Counted from the stretch's first letter, positions 1 through 9,700 are shown. The stretch: 24,273 nt of DNA from Chitinophagales bacterium (GCA_016787295.1 JAEUUX010000137.1:1-24273); one strand, 5' to 3'. A program made the numbers and translations. Notes: generated by a model not told the origin, from the letters alone.

Positions 1-87
1 TGACAGTGTTTGAGACAAATAATTGCGGTCACAAAAAACGCACATCTGCTTAGACTATTTTCGTCACCCGAAATAGTGCTGTTTCGG

Positions 88-216
88 TCGTTGAGGCACC
101 GAAGTCACGAAAAAACAGACAAAGAATGATAAATTGCCTCAACGATTGCCTACATTTTGTGGTAGCTAATGAGGAAAAACAGACAAAAAGCCTACGATTT
201 CGCTTGCTACCACAAA
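88..216. repeat. Two adjacent long-range perfect inverted repeats: TCGTTGAGGCA/TGCCTCAACGA (88-98 and 135-145) and TTTTGTGGTAGC/GCTACCACAAAA (155-166 and 205-216), each with a ~36-38 nt spacer.
   Basis: Read directly: 11-bp and 12-bp perfect reverse-complement arms. The second arm of the second pair starts the 235-bp repeat. Confidence 0.6.
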
Positions 217-439
217 ATTAAGCAAAGACCACAGCACGCCGGACGAATCCACTCGAAAAAGAACACCCTTTTTTTGCTAATTTTTGGGTGAGCAAAAAAA
301 TAGAGTCACCATTTGTCACTTACGATAATAGTATTTCGAGGAATGGCAAATTGCCGTTAATTGATGTTGCATTTTGAGACGAGTACGTAACATCGTTCAT
401 TATCAAATCCGAAAAGTATTTTTAATTCAATATATGTAG
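202..439. repeat. Copy 1 of a ~235-bp diverged direct repeat; copy 2 is at 24041-24273. Non-coding.
   Basis: Alignable end to end with 24041-24273 at about 85-90% identity. Differences are mostly transitions. The reading frame that is open in copy 2 is closed by a stop in copy 1. Confidence 0.8.
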
Positions 440-459
440 TTTTTAATTAATATGGTTGG

Positions 460-1629
460 CTACAAAGGAAACCGAAAAACCACTTTTTTATACAACCAAT
501 AGGTCAAAACCAAGGCAAACAAACAACGCAAGCGCATGAACCATGTAGCAAAAAAAAGCGGTTTAGCCCGATTAGGATTAGTAGGAATGTGCTTGCCATC
601 GTATCGCACAACAGGATTGAGATACATTTTTGTGTTGCGAGTTGTGATTTCGGCACGAATATAGGTGTCGTCGGGAGCAAAACCATAGCTAATCGCTTGT
701 TGTTGTGTAAAAATGGCTTTGACCATGCCATTTTGTCCGATGAGTTTAATTTCTTTCGCAACACCATCTAAACGCAAGTGCATTGCAGTTCCTTCGGTGG
801 TCAAACTTTCCAAACATAGGTCGTTGCGCCCTGCTTTGCCTTCCACACCATACGCATTGCCGCCCACCAAATTGTCAATAATTGCCTTATTACTCAACTC
901 ATTGGTGCCTACCATCGTCCATTTTACACCTGTTTCATCGGCTTTGCGAATGTTGTGGTTGTCATCGTTGGCAATAATCCAAGCCGCTTTACCTGTCGAA
1001 AGGGCTTTGTCCCAATACTTGTCCGACAAACGATAGTGGTTCAACACCTCGATAAGGTCATAACCCGTAAGGTAAGTAAAGTCGTCGAGGGTGTGTCCGC
1101 CACCAAATTTTGGATGTGCTACCGCCAGATATGGCGAGTTATGTTTGACCCGATTGATGATATATTGACGGTCGCTTAGGGTGTGAAACAGACTCACATC
1201 GTAATAAGACACCGCCTTGCTCCCTAACGCTAAACGGTGTGCCTTGAACAAATTATGTCCGTGTTCATAGACAGGAATAAAAGTGGGCGAATCAAGGTCT
1301 TGTTCGGGGTTGATGCTATGATAGTCTGATATGCAAGCTATGTCATATTGCATCGAATCATATTTTGCCAACAGCATTTTACCCGTTTGCGTTTTGCCAT
1401 CGGTCAAGCCGCCCCACGCATTGGCATGTGCATGAAAATTGCACTTTTGCCACATTTGGGTGGAGCGATAAGGAGAATACAAAGCCGTCCCGCTAAAAGG
1501 TTTGGGGTCGGGAAAATCGTAGCGCAGACTTTGCATATATTGTAGATTAGACAAGACCACAACAAGCGCCACTAAAAAAGCGAATAAGCGAATAAAAAAA
1601 TTTCGTATTTTGAGCAGTAGAAACATATT
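460..1629 (-). CDS. Membrane-anchored PHP-domain metal-dependent phosphoesterase
   Basis: N-terminal hydrophobic anchor (IRLFAFLVALVVVLS). PHP-like motifs CNFHAHANAWGG, ISDYH, AHPKFGGGH, NDDNHN. Start taken at internal Met (MFLLLK) of the 460..1707 ORF. Confidence 0.6.
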   Translation of the reverse strand, partial: NMFLLLKIRNFFIRLFAFLVALVVVLSNLQYMQSLRYDFPDPKPFSGTALYSPYRSTQMWQKCNFHAHANAWGGLTDGKTQTGKMLLAKYDSMQYDIACISDYHSINPEQDLDSPTFIPVYEHGHNLFKAHRLALGSKAVSYYDVSLFHTLSDRQYIINRVKHNSPYLAVAHPKFGGGHTLDDFTYLTGYDLIEVLNHYRLSDKYWDKALSTGKAAWIIANDDNHNIRKADETGVKWTMVGTNELSNKAIIDNLVGGNAYGVEGKAGRNDLCLESLTTEGTAMHLRLDGVAKEIKLIGQNGMVKAIFTQQQAISYGFAPDDTYIRAEITTRNTKMYLNPVVRYDGKHIPTNPNRAKPLFFATWFMRLRCLFALVLTYWLYKKVVFRFPL

Positions 1630-1783
1630 GGTTGTTTTTGGGACTATGGCAGCAAAGATAGGACATTTTAATAGAAAAAAATAGCCTATATGCTTAAAAA
1701 ACGCCAATTTATTCGTACTTTTGCCTCATGTAGCTGTTATAGTGTGCTACAAACCAAACTTATATTCTAATAGTTGTATCAAT

Positions 1784-2548
1784 ATGCGCCTAAACGCCAC
1801 TATCATTGTCCTTACATTTGTGGGTTTTGTGTTGTTTTTTGGCTACACTTTGCCACCTTTTGCCTTATTATTTTTATTATTGTTGGTCATTGCGGTCTTG
1901 TTGTGTGTTAGTTTGGTGATAAAATATCTCAACCGTCTCACCTTAGCACAATGGGCAATTTTGAACGAGCAACTACAAATCAATCTACAGATGCCCGAAC
2001 GCGCTTGGTTAGAGTTGGAGTGGAAATATCCAAGTATGGCGGGAATGTATTTGGGCAAAAAAATCAGCATTTCGATGTTTAATGCCGAAATGTTTGGCAT
2101 TACTGCGCCCCATACGCGAATTATAATCGATGCTATTCACTATGGCAATACCTTAGAGATACGGTCGGAAGGTGTTTATACGCAATTCGAAAAGTTTTGG
2201 TTAAAAGCCAACAATTTTTATACGCGCCAAGTACAAAAAGTATTACACTATTTTGGACGGGAGGTAGTTCCACTCAAAGGCGAGGTGGCAGTAGGTGATT
2301 TGGAGTTTGACCGTCGATTTTATGTCTTGACCAACAATGCTGGTTTTGTCAAAAGACTATTAGATCCCGACATAAGAGATATTATGAAAAATGATGTTTT
2401 TACCAAAATGGGTAAATTTGTTTTAAACCAAAGCCAACTGATATATACCGAACAAATCAACATCAATACTGATTTTGAGCGTCAACGGTTTCAAAAAATT
2501 ATTTTGTTGATGTATATGATGGTTAATCGAATGGAACGAATCCGATAG
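1784..2548 (+). CDS. Hypothetical membrane-anchored protein (two N-terminal TM helices, cytoplasmic domain of unknown function)
   Basis: ORF 1721..2548 with start moved to MRLNATIIV. Hydrophobic stretches IIVLTFVGFVLFFGY and LLFLLLLVIAVLLCVSLVI. No recognisable motif. Confidence 0.45.
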   Translation: MRLNATIIVLTFVGFVLFFGYTLPPFALLFLLLLVIAVLLCVSLVIKYLNRLTLAQWAILNEQLQINLQMPERAWLELEWKYPSMAGMYLGKKISISMFNAEMFGITAPHTRIIIDAIHYGNTLEIRSEGVYTQFEKFWLKANNFYTRQVQKVLHYFGREVVPLKGEVAVGDLEFDRRFYVLTNNAGFVKRLLDPDIRDIMKNDVFTKMGKFVLNQSQLIYTEQININTDFERQRFQKIILLMYMMVNRMERIR

Positions 2549-2556
2549 GAATCGAC

Positions 2557-2600
2557 AAACGCTGATAGGGATATTACTTCCTTATCAGCGTTTTGATATT
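2557..2600. terminator. Bidirectional rho-independent terminator between convergent genes
   Basis: AAACGCTGATAGGG / CCTTATCAGCGTTT stem (13 of 14 bp), 9-nt loop, followed by TTTTGATATTT. Confidence 0.6.
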
Positions 2601-2616
2601 TAATGGCTGTCTTTAT

Positions 2617-3126
2617 TTATGACTCTAAAAGGCGTTTTAACTGGCGCCTCGCTAAAAAAATACGACTTTTTACTGTACCAATGGGCAAATCCAAATCATC
2701 GGCGATTTCTTGGTATTTAAACCCATCTTTGTGCATCAAAAAAGGAATGCGAAACTCTTCTGCCAAATTGTTTATCGCATTTTGAATACTTTCAATGCCC
2801 AAATTACTCTCTCCCAAATTATAGGCAACGTCAGTAGCATGATTCAAATAATAGGCATTAACTGTTGCGTCTAAAATAGTATTGTGTTTTACTGAGCGTC
2901 TATAGTTGTTGATAAAGGTATTTTTCATAATAGCAAGTAACCATGCCTTAAGGTTAGTACCATCAGAAAATTTTTCTTGATTACCCAAGGCTCGATAAAT
3001 CGTTTCTTGTACCAAATCTTTAGCATCAATTGGGTTTTTGGTTAGTGCAAGTGCATACGGTTTTAAACTGTTTGCTAATTCCACAATGATTTGTGGATTG
3101 AAATCATTAATAATGGCTTTGCCCAT
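2617..3126 (-). CDS. ECF (sigma-24 family) RNA polymerase sigma factor, paralog 1
   Basis: Region-2 motif DLVQETIYRALGN...FINNYRR and region-4 motif LPIGTVKSRIFLARRQLKRLL. 169 aa. Confidence 0.9.
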   Translation of the reverse strand: MGKAIINDFNPQIIVELANSLKPYALALTKNPIDAKDLVQETIYRALGNQEKFSDGTNLKAWLLAIMKNTFINNYRRSVKHNTILDATVNAYYLNHATDVAYNLGESNLGIESIQNAINNLAEEFRIPFLMHKDGFKYQEIADDLDLPIGTVKSRIFLARRQLKRLLES

Positions 3127-3156
3127 GGTTTGAGGTTATTTATGATAGACTATTTG

Positions 3157-3200
3157 ATTGTGCAAATGTACCGCCTTTTTCCGAAATTTCCAAATTTTTG
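3157..3200 (-). promoter_or_regulatory. Sigma-A type promoter of ECF paralog 1 (-33 TTTG, 20-nt spacer, -7 TACATTTG)
   Basis: Minus strand reads AAATTTGgaaatttcggaaaaaggcggTACATTTG. The same architecture is upstream of paralog 2. Confidence 0.6.
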
Positions 3201-3475
3201 TTTAATTATACCACCATAAGTATTAAACGGTAGCCACTTTTTTTCATAATATGCTTTTTTTAGACGACCTAACATAGCAAAATGCCTAATATTATTGCTA
3301 AGATTCGGATTTTTTAATAAGCAAAAAAACGGACATTATTGACAAAAATAACATCATTTACATGGAATATTATACTGTATTTGCTCAAGAAAAAATAAAA
3401 AACCTGCTTGTTTTACCATAAACAAACAGGTTTTGGGGCGATGCAAATCGATGATACAATTGGACGATGTATTGA

Positions 3476-3985
3476 TTAGGTTTGTAAAAAGCGTTGCAGT
3501 TCGCGACGAGCCAAGAAAATGCGGCTTTTTACCGTACCAATGGGCAATGCCAAATCGTCGGCAATTTCTTGATATTTGAAACCGTCATAGTGCATTAAAA
3601 ATGGCACACGAAAATCATCAGACAAATTATCTATTGCCGCCTGAATGTTTTCCATTCCTAAGTTGCTCTCACCTGCATTTTTGGCAGTTTCCGAAGAGTT
3701 ATTTAGATAATAAGATGTTGCTGTTTCATCAAGAATAGTATTGCGTTTTATGGTGCGACGATAATTATTGATAAAAATGTTTTTCATAATCGTAAACAGC
3801 CATGCCTTGAGATTAGTGCCGTCAGAAAATTTTTCTTTGTTGCCTAATGCACGATAAATCGTTTCTTGCACCAAATCTTCGGCATCAGTCACATCTTTGG
3901 TTAGCATGACTGCATAAGGTTTCATTGTTGTGGTTAGTTCCACAATAACTTGTGAGTTATATTCAGTTATAATAGCTTGTCCCAT
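3476..3985 (-). CDS. ECF sigma factor, paralog 2 (about 70% identical to paralog 1, same length)
   Basis: Same region-2 and region-4 motifs (LPIGTVKSRIFLARRELQRFL). 169 aa. Confidence 0.9.
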   Translation of the reverse strand: MGQAIITEYNSQVIVELTTTMKPYAVMLTKDVTDAEDLVQETIYRALGNKEKFSDGTNLKAWLFTIMKNIFINNYRRTIKRNTILDETATSYYLNNSSETAKNAGESNLGMENIQAAIDNLSDDFRVPFLMHYDGFKYQEIADDLALPIGTVKSRIFLARRELQRFLQT

Positions 3986-4061
3986 AAAATTTTAGTTTTG
4001 ATGTTATAAAAATTATGTTTCCCCAAATCGCTAACTTAATCGATATTATAAAGTCTTTATT

Positions 4062-4100
4062 GATGTTACAAAAGTAACACTTTTTTGGGAGTTTTCCAAA
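4062..4100 (-). promoter_or_regulatory. Sigma-A type promoter of ECF paralog 2 (-33 TTTG, 20-nt spacer, -7 TACTTTTG), ~80-nt leader
   Basis: Minus strand reads AAATTTGgaaaactcccaaaaaagtgtTACTTTTG. Shares ACAAAAATTTGGAAA and TAC-TTTG-A-CATCAA with the paralog-1 promoter. Confidence 0.6.
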
Positions 4101-4280
4101 TTTTTGTGGAACTTTTTTTAAAAAAAGTTAAACCTTTTTGGTTTATTTATCTCAACATAGCTTTATATGGTGTAATTATGACAAAAATAACACTTTTGGA
4201 AGACTTTTACAAGTTTATTTTGTTAATAATGTTTAATTTTACATGAACACATAATACACAAAAAATTGAGTTGACTATAC

Positions 4281-4322
4281 AAAAAAAACACGTGCTTAAC
4301 TCATATTGAGACAAGCACATGT
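4281..4322 (-). terminator. Rho-independent terminator of the arginase-fold gene
   Basis: Minus strand: ACATGTGCTT ... AAGCACGTGT hairpin followed by TTTTTTTT. Confidence 0.55.
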
Positions 4323-4372
4323 TGTTTTGTAATTGTAGTTGGGGTGAGATGATGTTCGTTAGAAACTATTTT

Positions 4373-5533
4373 TTATTGTGTGGCGCGCCAATAGGCTTTG
4401 AGCCAACGGTCGGGAATTTCGTTGCGGCAGGCAATTTCGTAGTCGCGATAGGAGCATGGCACTAAGATATAGTTGGGTTTTCGTTTGCCACTCAAAGGCA
4501 CTTTGAGCCACCATCGGTCGCTTTTGCGGCTTTTGAGAAACACCAACTCGTGGTCTTCGTCTTTCATGCTCACGATGTAGGGAATATAGCTGCGCTCGTC
4601 TAAATCTGGAAAATCGTGTTTGCGTTCATAAAAACCCTCGACAAAATACCAAATCATTTGGGCAATGCTTTGGGCTGTATATCCGTTCAAGTCCAACAAA
4701 GGGTTGTATTCATAAAAACCCATAGAACGAATATGGTCACTCAAACCTGCATAGCGCGTCATTTGACAGGCTTCTTCGGCACCGAATCCGTGCGAAGAAG
4801 TGTGGGCAACAGCAGGAGCATCAGCCGCACGCAAGCAAGATAGATTGATAGCAAACATATTGGCATCGCGCAAAATCGGCTCTAAATCGGACATGTATTT
4901 TCTGATTTCGCCCAGGCTATAGCAGTCAAAATTTAGGTTTTCGAGTGTTTCTAAGATGTAGGGGTCAACCAAAGAACGCAAATAACCTATTTGAGCAAAA
5001 TGGCTAAGACTTTGTTTGTGGGTGATGATTTGGTACAGAAACGACCTGTTTTCTAAGGAATAATCGTTGGCATGGTTAAACAGCGCAATTTTTTCGTCGG
5101 CAAAAACAAAGTGTGTTTCGGGTTCGGTGGTGGTGTGTGCCAAAAATTGTCCATATGTCAAATCGCATGTGCCTCCGAGAATGATGGGGACAATTTCTTG
5201 TTCCATCAACACCTTCAATACGCTTTGCAAGGCAAAATAGGTGTCTTGTGGTGTTTCACCTGCTACAATATTGCCCAAATCGCAAATCTGTACGCCGTCG
5301 GTCCAGAAATAAAGTGGATAAAGATGTTTGCGGATAGCGTCGGGCGAGAGTTGGCAACCACCTTCCTCAGAACGGTCTTCACACACGCCTACAATGGCTA
5401 AACGCGTGCTTGTTAGGTCGGGAAAAGCGTTTTGGGTGTGAAGCATAAGTCGGCTTCCCCACTGATTGATGTTGAAATCGATGGGCGGCGAACACAGTTT
5501 ATCCGACAAAGGGCTTAGATAGTTTTTTAACAT
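4373..5533 (-). CDS. Arginase/formiminoglutamase-fold protein, divergent (canonical metal-binding motifs not conserved)
   Basis: Matches the ureohydrolase family: IVPIILGGTCDLTYG resembles the GGDHS loop, FAINLSCLRAADAP resembles SxDxDxxDP. The His/Asp ligands appear substituted. Family call is inference from memory of motifs. Confidence 0.45.
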   Translation of the reverse strand: MLKNYLSPLSDKLCSPPIDFNINQWGSRLMLHTQNAFPDLTSTRLAIVGVCEDRSEEGGCQLSPDAIRKHLYPLYFWTDGVQICDLGNIVAGETPQDTYFALQSVLKVLMEQEIVPIILGGTCDLTYGQFLAHTTTEPETHFVFADEKIALFNHANDYSLENRSFLYQIITHKQSLSHFAQIGYLRSLVDPYILETLENLNFDCYSLGEIRKYMSDLEPILRDANMFAINLSCLRAADAPAVAHTSSHGFGAEEACQMTRYAGLSDHIRSMGFYEYNPLLDLNGYTAQSIAQMIWYFVEGFYERKHDFPDLDERSYIPYIVSMKDEDHELVFLKSRKSDRWWLKVPLSGKRKPNYILVPCSYRDYEIACRNEIPDRWLKAYWRATQ

Positions 5534-5565
5534 ACTATTGTTTGCATTGAAAAAAGCGCGGAGGT

Positions 5566-6090
5566 TTAAAAACCGTGTTTTTTGAGTTCTTTGTTCATCA
5601 ATTTCATTTGTTCGGTTACTTGTTGCGGCGTATTTTCGGCTTTTAGTGCTTTGTCTAAATACATACGGCTACCGCGCAAATCGCGCTTCATGGCGCGGAT
5701 ATTGGCTAATTGGAAATACAAGGCACCTTCTTCTTCTTTGCGAACGCCAATGTCTAAGGCTTTTTTAAACATGCCTTCGGCGGCGGAGCTATTGTTGCGC
5801 TGAATGTCTATCATGCCGCGTGTGAGATAGTAGTAGGCTTTTTGAAATCTGCCTAAACGGTCGGGATAACGAGTCTCCGCAAGAACTTTTTCAGTCGCAT
5901 CTAAGTCGCCATTTTGCATGACTCGCATGGCGGCAAAAACGGTTCCATTCCAAAAAAAATCGAACACCAATAAACCACCTACCAATAGAGCAATGATGCT
6001 ACCAATGATATAGTGTCCTTCGATGATAAAAGATAGCGCGATAATGGCAGCAATGACTGCTATGATGATTCGATAACGCAATGTTAACAT
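5566..6090 (-). CDS. Membrane protein with two N-terminal TM helices and a TPR-like C-terminal domain
   Basis: Hydrophobic N-terminus (IIIAVIAAIIALSFII, IIALLVGGLLVF). Helical repeat region (AEGMFKKALDIG...YLDKALKA). Confidence 0.5.
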   Translation of the reverse strand: MLTLRYRIIIAVIAAIIALSFIIEGHYIIGSIIALLVGGLLVFDFFWNGTVFAAMRVMQNGDLDATEKVLAETRYPDRLGRFQKAYYYLTRGMIDIQRNNSSAAEGMFKKALDIGVRKEEEGALYFQLANIRAMKRDLRGSRMYLDKALKAENTPQQVTEQMKLMNKELKKHGF

Positions 6091-6117
6091 AATAAAACTA
6101 AATAAAGTTGTGGGCTT

Positions 6118-6867
6118 TTATGAATTAAACGGGTCTTGGTTGTTAGTAGGGCGCGGAAGTGTGGGGTCTTTGACGGGTGGCGTTTCAATGACGGCTTGGT
6201 GTGGTGACAAACGATGTGAGTGTTTCATGGCTACAAAGGCATAGCGAATACCTATGGGCAACAATAGGAGTGAAAACAAAGCTAATATTTCACTGGCTTC
6301 TTGCATAATAAAAAAATCGTATAGCCCATGCAAAATGGTGGCGCTTAATAAACCCAATAAGAGGTAACGAAAGCGGTCGACGGGAGCAGCGTGTTTTGCC
6401 AAACCCACATAGTAACCCATGATAATGCCAAAAACAGCATGGGCAGGAATGGCAGTAAACATACGGACAATGCCAATCCCGATACCGCCTTGCAAGACAT
6501 ACAAAACGTTTTCTAATGCTGCAAATCCCATGCTCACCATCACACCATAGACAATACCATCAAATGGCTCATCAAATTCGGCTTTGGGATACATATAGTA
6601 GCGCAAAAACAAAAATTTGCCCGCCTCTTCGGTTAAGGCAACCACTATAAAAGCATAAAAAGCTACATTTAGCAAACCTCCTGTTTCGGGAATGCCCCAT
6701 TTTTCATTGGCTTCACCTGCCAGCAAAGGCAAAAAAGCACTAAACATGCCAAGCAAAAAAGAGATAAATAGGTTGATAAAAGGTTCTTTTTCGTACTTGT
6801 CGCGACTATAAATGTAGCAAACCACAGCCACAACAGGAGCTAAAGCCAATAGTAATAGTTGTACCAT
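6118..6867 (-). CDS. PrsW-family intramembrane metalloprotease (anti-sigma-factor site-1 protease family)
   Basis: Multi-pass membrane protein with EExxK (ALTEEAGKFLFLRYY), FxxxH (FTAIPAHAVFGI) and a C-terminal HGLYDF motif. Start moved to MVQLLLLALAPV. Confidence 0.7.
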   Translation of the reverse strand: MVQLLLLALAPVVAVVCYIYSRDKYEKEPFINLFISFLLGMFSAFLPLLAGEANEKWGIPETGGLLNVAFYAFIVVALTEEAGKFLFLRYYMYPKAEFDEPFDGIVYGVMVSMGFAALENVLYVLQGGIGIGIVRMFTAIPAHAVFGIIMGYYVGLAKHAAPVDRFRYLLLGLLSATILHGLYDFFIMQEASEILALFSLLLLPIGIRYAFVAMKHSHRLSPHQAVIETPPVKDPTLPRPTNNQDPFNS

Positions 6868-6961
6868 ATTGTATGGGAGTAAGGGTGATGTATGTTTATG
6901 CTTGTTTGGAAAAATTATAAGCCAAATAATAATAACCGCAACATGGCAAGCCAACTCTATC

Positions 6962-8449
6962 TTAGCGATTCATCAAATTCAGAAATTCTTCGTTAGATTT
7001 AGTGTCGCGCATTCGTTCCAAAAGCGTATTCATGGCTTCTTCGGCGGTCATGTCCGTGAGGTGGTTGCGCAATATCCAGATGCGTTTGAGGGCATCGCGA
7101 TCCAACAAAAGGTCTTCGCGGCGCGTGCCTGAAGCGGGAATATCTACAGCGGGGAAAATACGTTTGTTGGCTAATCGGCGGTCGAGCTGCAACTCCATAT
7201 TACCTGTACCTTTGAACTCTTCAAAAATCACTTCGTCCATGCGCGAGCCTGTGTCGATGAGGGCGGTTGCCAAAATGGTGAGTGAGCCACCGTTTTCGAT
7301 GTTGCGTGCCGAGCCGAAAAACTGTTTGGGTTTGTGGAGCGCATTTGCCTCAACGCCTCCCGATAGCACTTTGCCCGAGGCAGGCGCAACGGTATTGTGG
7401 GCGCGAGCAAGGCGGGTTATCGAGTCCAAAAGTATTACTACATCATGCCCACACTCCACCAAGCGACGCGCTTTTTGCAGAGCAATGGTCGATACTTTGA
7501 CATGGCGTTCGGCGGGTTCGTCGAAAGTAGAGGCAATGACTTCTGCCCGCACCGAGCGTTCCATGTCGGTCACTTCTTCGGGGCGTTCGTCGATGAGCAG
7601 TATTATAAGGTATACTTCGGGGTGATTTTGGGCGAGAGCGTTGGCAATTTCTTTGAGAAAAAAAGTTTTACCTGTTTTGGGTTGCGCCACAATTAGTCCA
7701 CGCTGTCCTTTGCCAATGGGAGCAAACAAATCGATAAGGCGAAGCGAATAGCTATTAGTATTTTGGCTAAGATTAAATTTCTGGTTTGGGAACAAAGGTG
7801 TTAGGTAATCAAACGGCACGCGGTCGCGAATTTCTTCGGGATTTCTGCCATTGATAGCCGACACTTTGAGCAAAGCAAAGTATTTTTCACCCTCTTTGGG
7901 CGGGCGAATCGCTCCACAAACCGTATCACCCGTTTTTAAGCCAAACAATTTGACTTGTGAAGGCGATACATATATATCGTCGGGCGAACTAAGGTAGTTG
8001 TAGTCAGCCGACCGCAAAAAACCATAGCCGTCGGTCATCATCTCCAGCACACCCTCTCCCTCAATGAGTCCGTCCAAATCGTAGTTAAAATTGTCGGTGA
8101 AGTCATCGGTGTCTATGTTTATTCGACCTATGTTGGTGTTTTTTTCTTCGTTGTCGGAAGGTATATTTGGGGGCAAAACTGTATTCGTTTCTTCGTTGCT
8201 ATATGGCGTGTTATCCATAGCACTGTCGGTCAAATTGGTTTTACCTTTTTTGGTCACTATGTGGCGTGTGCGTGCGGTTTTGGGTTTTTCGGTAGAAGTG
8301 CCATTGTTTTCGACACGATGTTGTTCGTTTAATATGTGATGAATTAGCTCGGCTTTAGAGAGTTTTTTATAGTCAGGAATGAACAAAGACTCGGCAATAG
8401 CTCTCAATTCGTTGTCTAACAAATCGTTGAGTTGTAAAATATCATACAT
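6962..8449 (-). CDS. rho: Transcription termination factor Rho with an N/S/T/D-rich N-terminal insertion
   Basis: Walker [19 protein letters not shown]-binding and ATPase regions. A low-complexity insert of about 80 aa ([13 protein letters not shown]...[17 protein letters not shown]) lies between the N-terminal helix bundle and the OB fold. Confidence 0.95.
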   Translation of the reverse strand: MYDILQLNDLLDNELRAIAESLFIPDYKKLSKAELIHHILNEQHRVENNGTSTEKPKTARTRHIVTKKGKTNLTDSAMDNTPYSNEETNTVLPPNIPSDNEEKNTNIGRINIDTDDFTDNFNYDLDGLIEGEGVLEMMTDGYGFLRSADYNYLSSPDDIYVSPSQVKLFGLKTGDTVCGAIRPPKEGEKYFALLKVSAINGRNPEEIRDRVPFDYLTPLFPNQKFNLSQNTNSYSLRLIDLFAPIGKGQRGLIVAQPKTGKTFFLKEIANALAQNHPEVYLIILLIDERPEEVTDMERSVRAEVIASTFDEPAERHVKVSTIALQKARRLVECGHDVVILLDSITRLARAHNTVAPASGKVLSGGVEANALHKPKQFFGSARNIENGGSLTILATALIDTGSRMDEVIFEEFKGTGNMELQLDRRLANKRIFPAVDIPASGTRREDLLLDRDALKRIWILRNHLTDMTAEEAMNTLLERMRDTKSNEEFLNLMNR

Positions 8450-8779
8450 AAAGGAAAGGTGGAAATTTGGTAATAGATAGGAAAAAATTAAGGTGGGAAA
8501 ATGGTCATTTGACCACTACAAAGGGTGGGAAGCGGAAAAACGGTACAAAGGTAGCTTTTTTTTGCGAGATTATAACATCTATGGCTTAGAAAAATGTAAA
8601 AAAATAGTACTGACGGGCTTTGAACAGTTTATTGAAGCCATTTTGTTGCGACGAAAGGAGAGAAAAACAACAAAATTTGTCTATTTTTGCTTGGAAAATA
8701 GCCCAAAATAACTCGAATTGCCCTTTTGCTACACCAATTCACAATTTTTGCTTATCTTTGTGACCAACATTTTTCAGCC

Positions 8780-9580
8780 ATGCGTTTAGATGTATTTTTA
8801 GTGGAGCGACAATTGCTGCTTAGTCGCGAAAAAGCCCAATTAGCCATAGCCGCAGGATTGGTATTGGTGAATGACAAAGTAGCCCGAAAAACTGCCCAAC
8901 AGGTTAGCCCTACGGACGTGGTGCAGTTGCTGGTACCACCTTTGGCTTATGTGAGCAAAGGCGGCGACAAATTAGCGAAGGCTTTGCAGGTGTTTGCCTA
9001 CGATTGCCACAACAAAACAGTGTTGGATATTGGTGCGTCCACAGGCGGATTCACGGATTGCGTGCTGCAAGCAGGTGCGCAAAAGGTGTATGCGGTCGAT
9101 GTTGGGTCGGGTCAATTGGTGGCGAGTTTGCGGGAAAACCCCAAAGTGGTGGTGCTTGAAAATACGCACATCAAAGACCTAACTGTTGCCGATATTGACC
9201 ATGCCGCCATCGATTTGGTGGTGATTGACGTGTCTTTCATCAGTTTATCGCAAGTTTTGGGTTTGCTTTTGCCTTTTTGCCAAGCACATACGCACATTAT
9301 CAGCCTCATCAAACCGCAATTCGAAGCAGGACAAGCCAACATTCGCAGAGGCGGCATTGTGACCTCGCCCAATGTGCATATTTCGGTCATCAAAAACCTT
9401 CAACACGCTGCCGCCACACACCAGCTTTTTTTGCACCAACTTACTTTTGCGCCTATCCAAAGTATCCAAAAAAACATAGAATATCTCGCCCTATGGCAGT
9501 GGCAAATGCCGCCCGAAGCGGTGGATATTGCGGCTGTGGTGCAAGCGGCGCAAGTGGTGCAGAAGGGTTTGGGGAAGTAG
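8780..9580 (+). CDS. tlyA: TlyA-family rRNA 2'-O-methyltransferase (S4 domain plus FtsJ-like MTase)
   Basis: MRLDVFLVERQLLLSREKAQ (S4 domain). VLDIGASTGGFTDCVLQAGAQKVYAVDVG (SAM-binding motif). Confidence 0.85.
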   Translation: MRLDVFLVERQLLLSREKAQLAIAAGLVLVNDKVARKTAQQVSPTDVVQLLVPPLAYVSKGGDKLAKALQVFAYDCHNKTVLDIGASTGGFTDCVLQAGAQKVYAVDVGSGQLVASLRENPKVVVLENTHIKDLTVADIDHAAIDLVVIDVSFISLSQVLGLLLPFCQAHTHIISLIKPQFEAGQANIRRGGIVTSPNVHISVIKNLQHAAATHQLFLHQLTFAPIQSIQKNIEYLALWQWQMPPEAVDIAAVVQAAQVVQKGLGK

Positions 9581-9700
9581 GAAAAGTAGCATAAATTAGG
9601 AGTGTTTATAGGCAAGTTAAACGTCAGTTCATTCGACAAATTAAAGTAATTGATTATATTACGACAAAAATAAAAAAAATGAACGAAAAATGTTTTTTTT

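Noticed and set aside
7002-7696. Long antisense ORFs inside rho (7002..7625, 7397..7696), and similar ones inside the PHP gene, hemC-hemD and the MVP-like gene (for example 21628..22335)
   Set aside because: They lie fully within and opposite to genes with strong protein-family signatures. Typical shadow ORFs of GC-balanced coding sequence.
8493-8711. 72-aa ORF between rho and tlyA
   Set aside because: It lies in the rho upstream leader and promoter region and has no motif. Most likely a spurious frame; rho leaders are long and structured.
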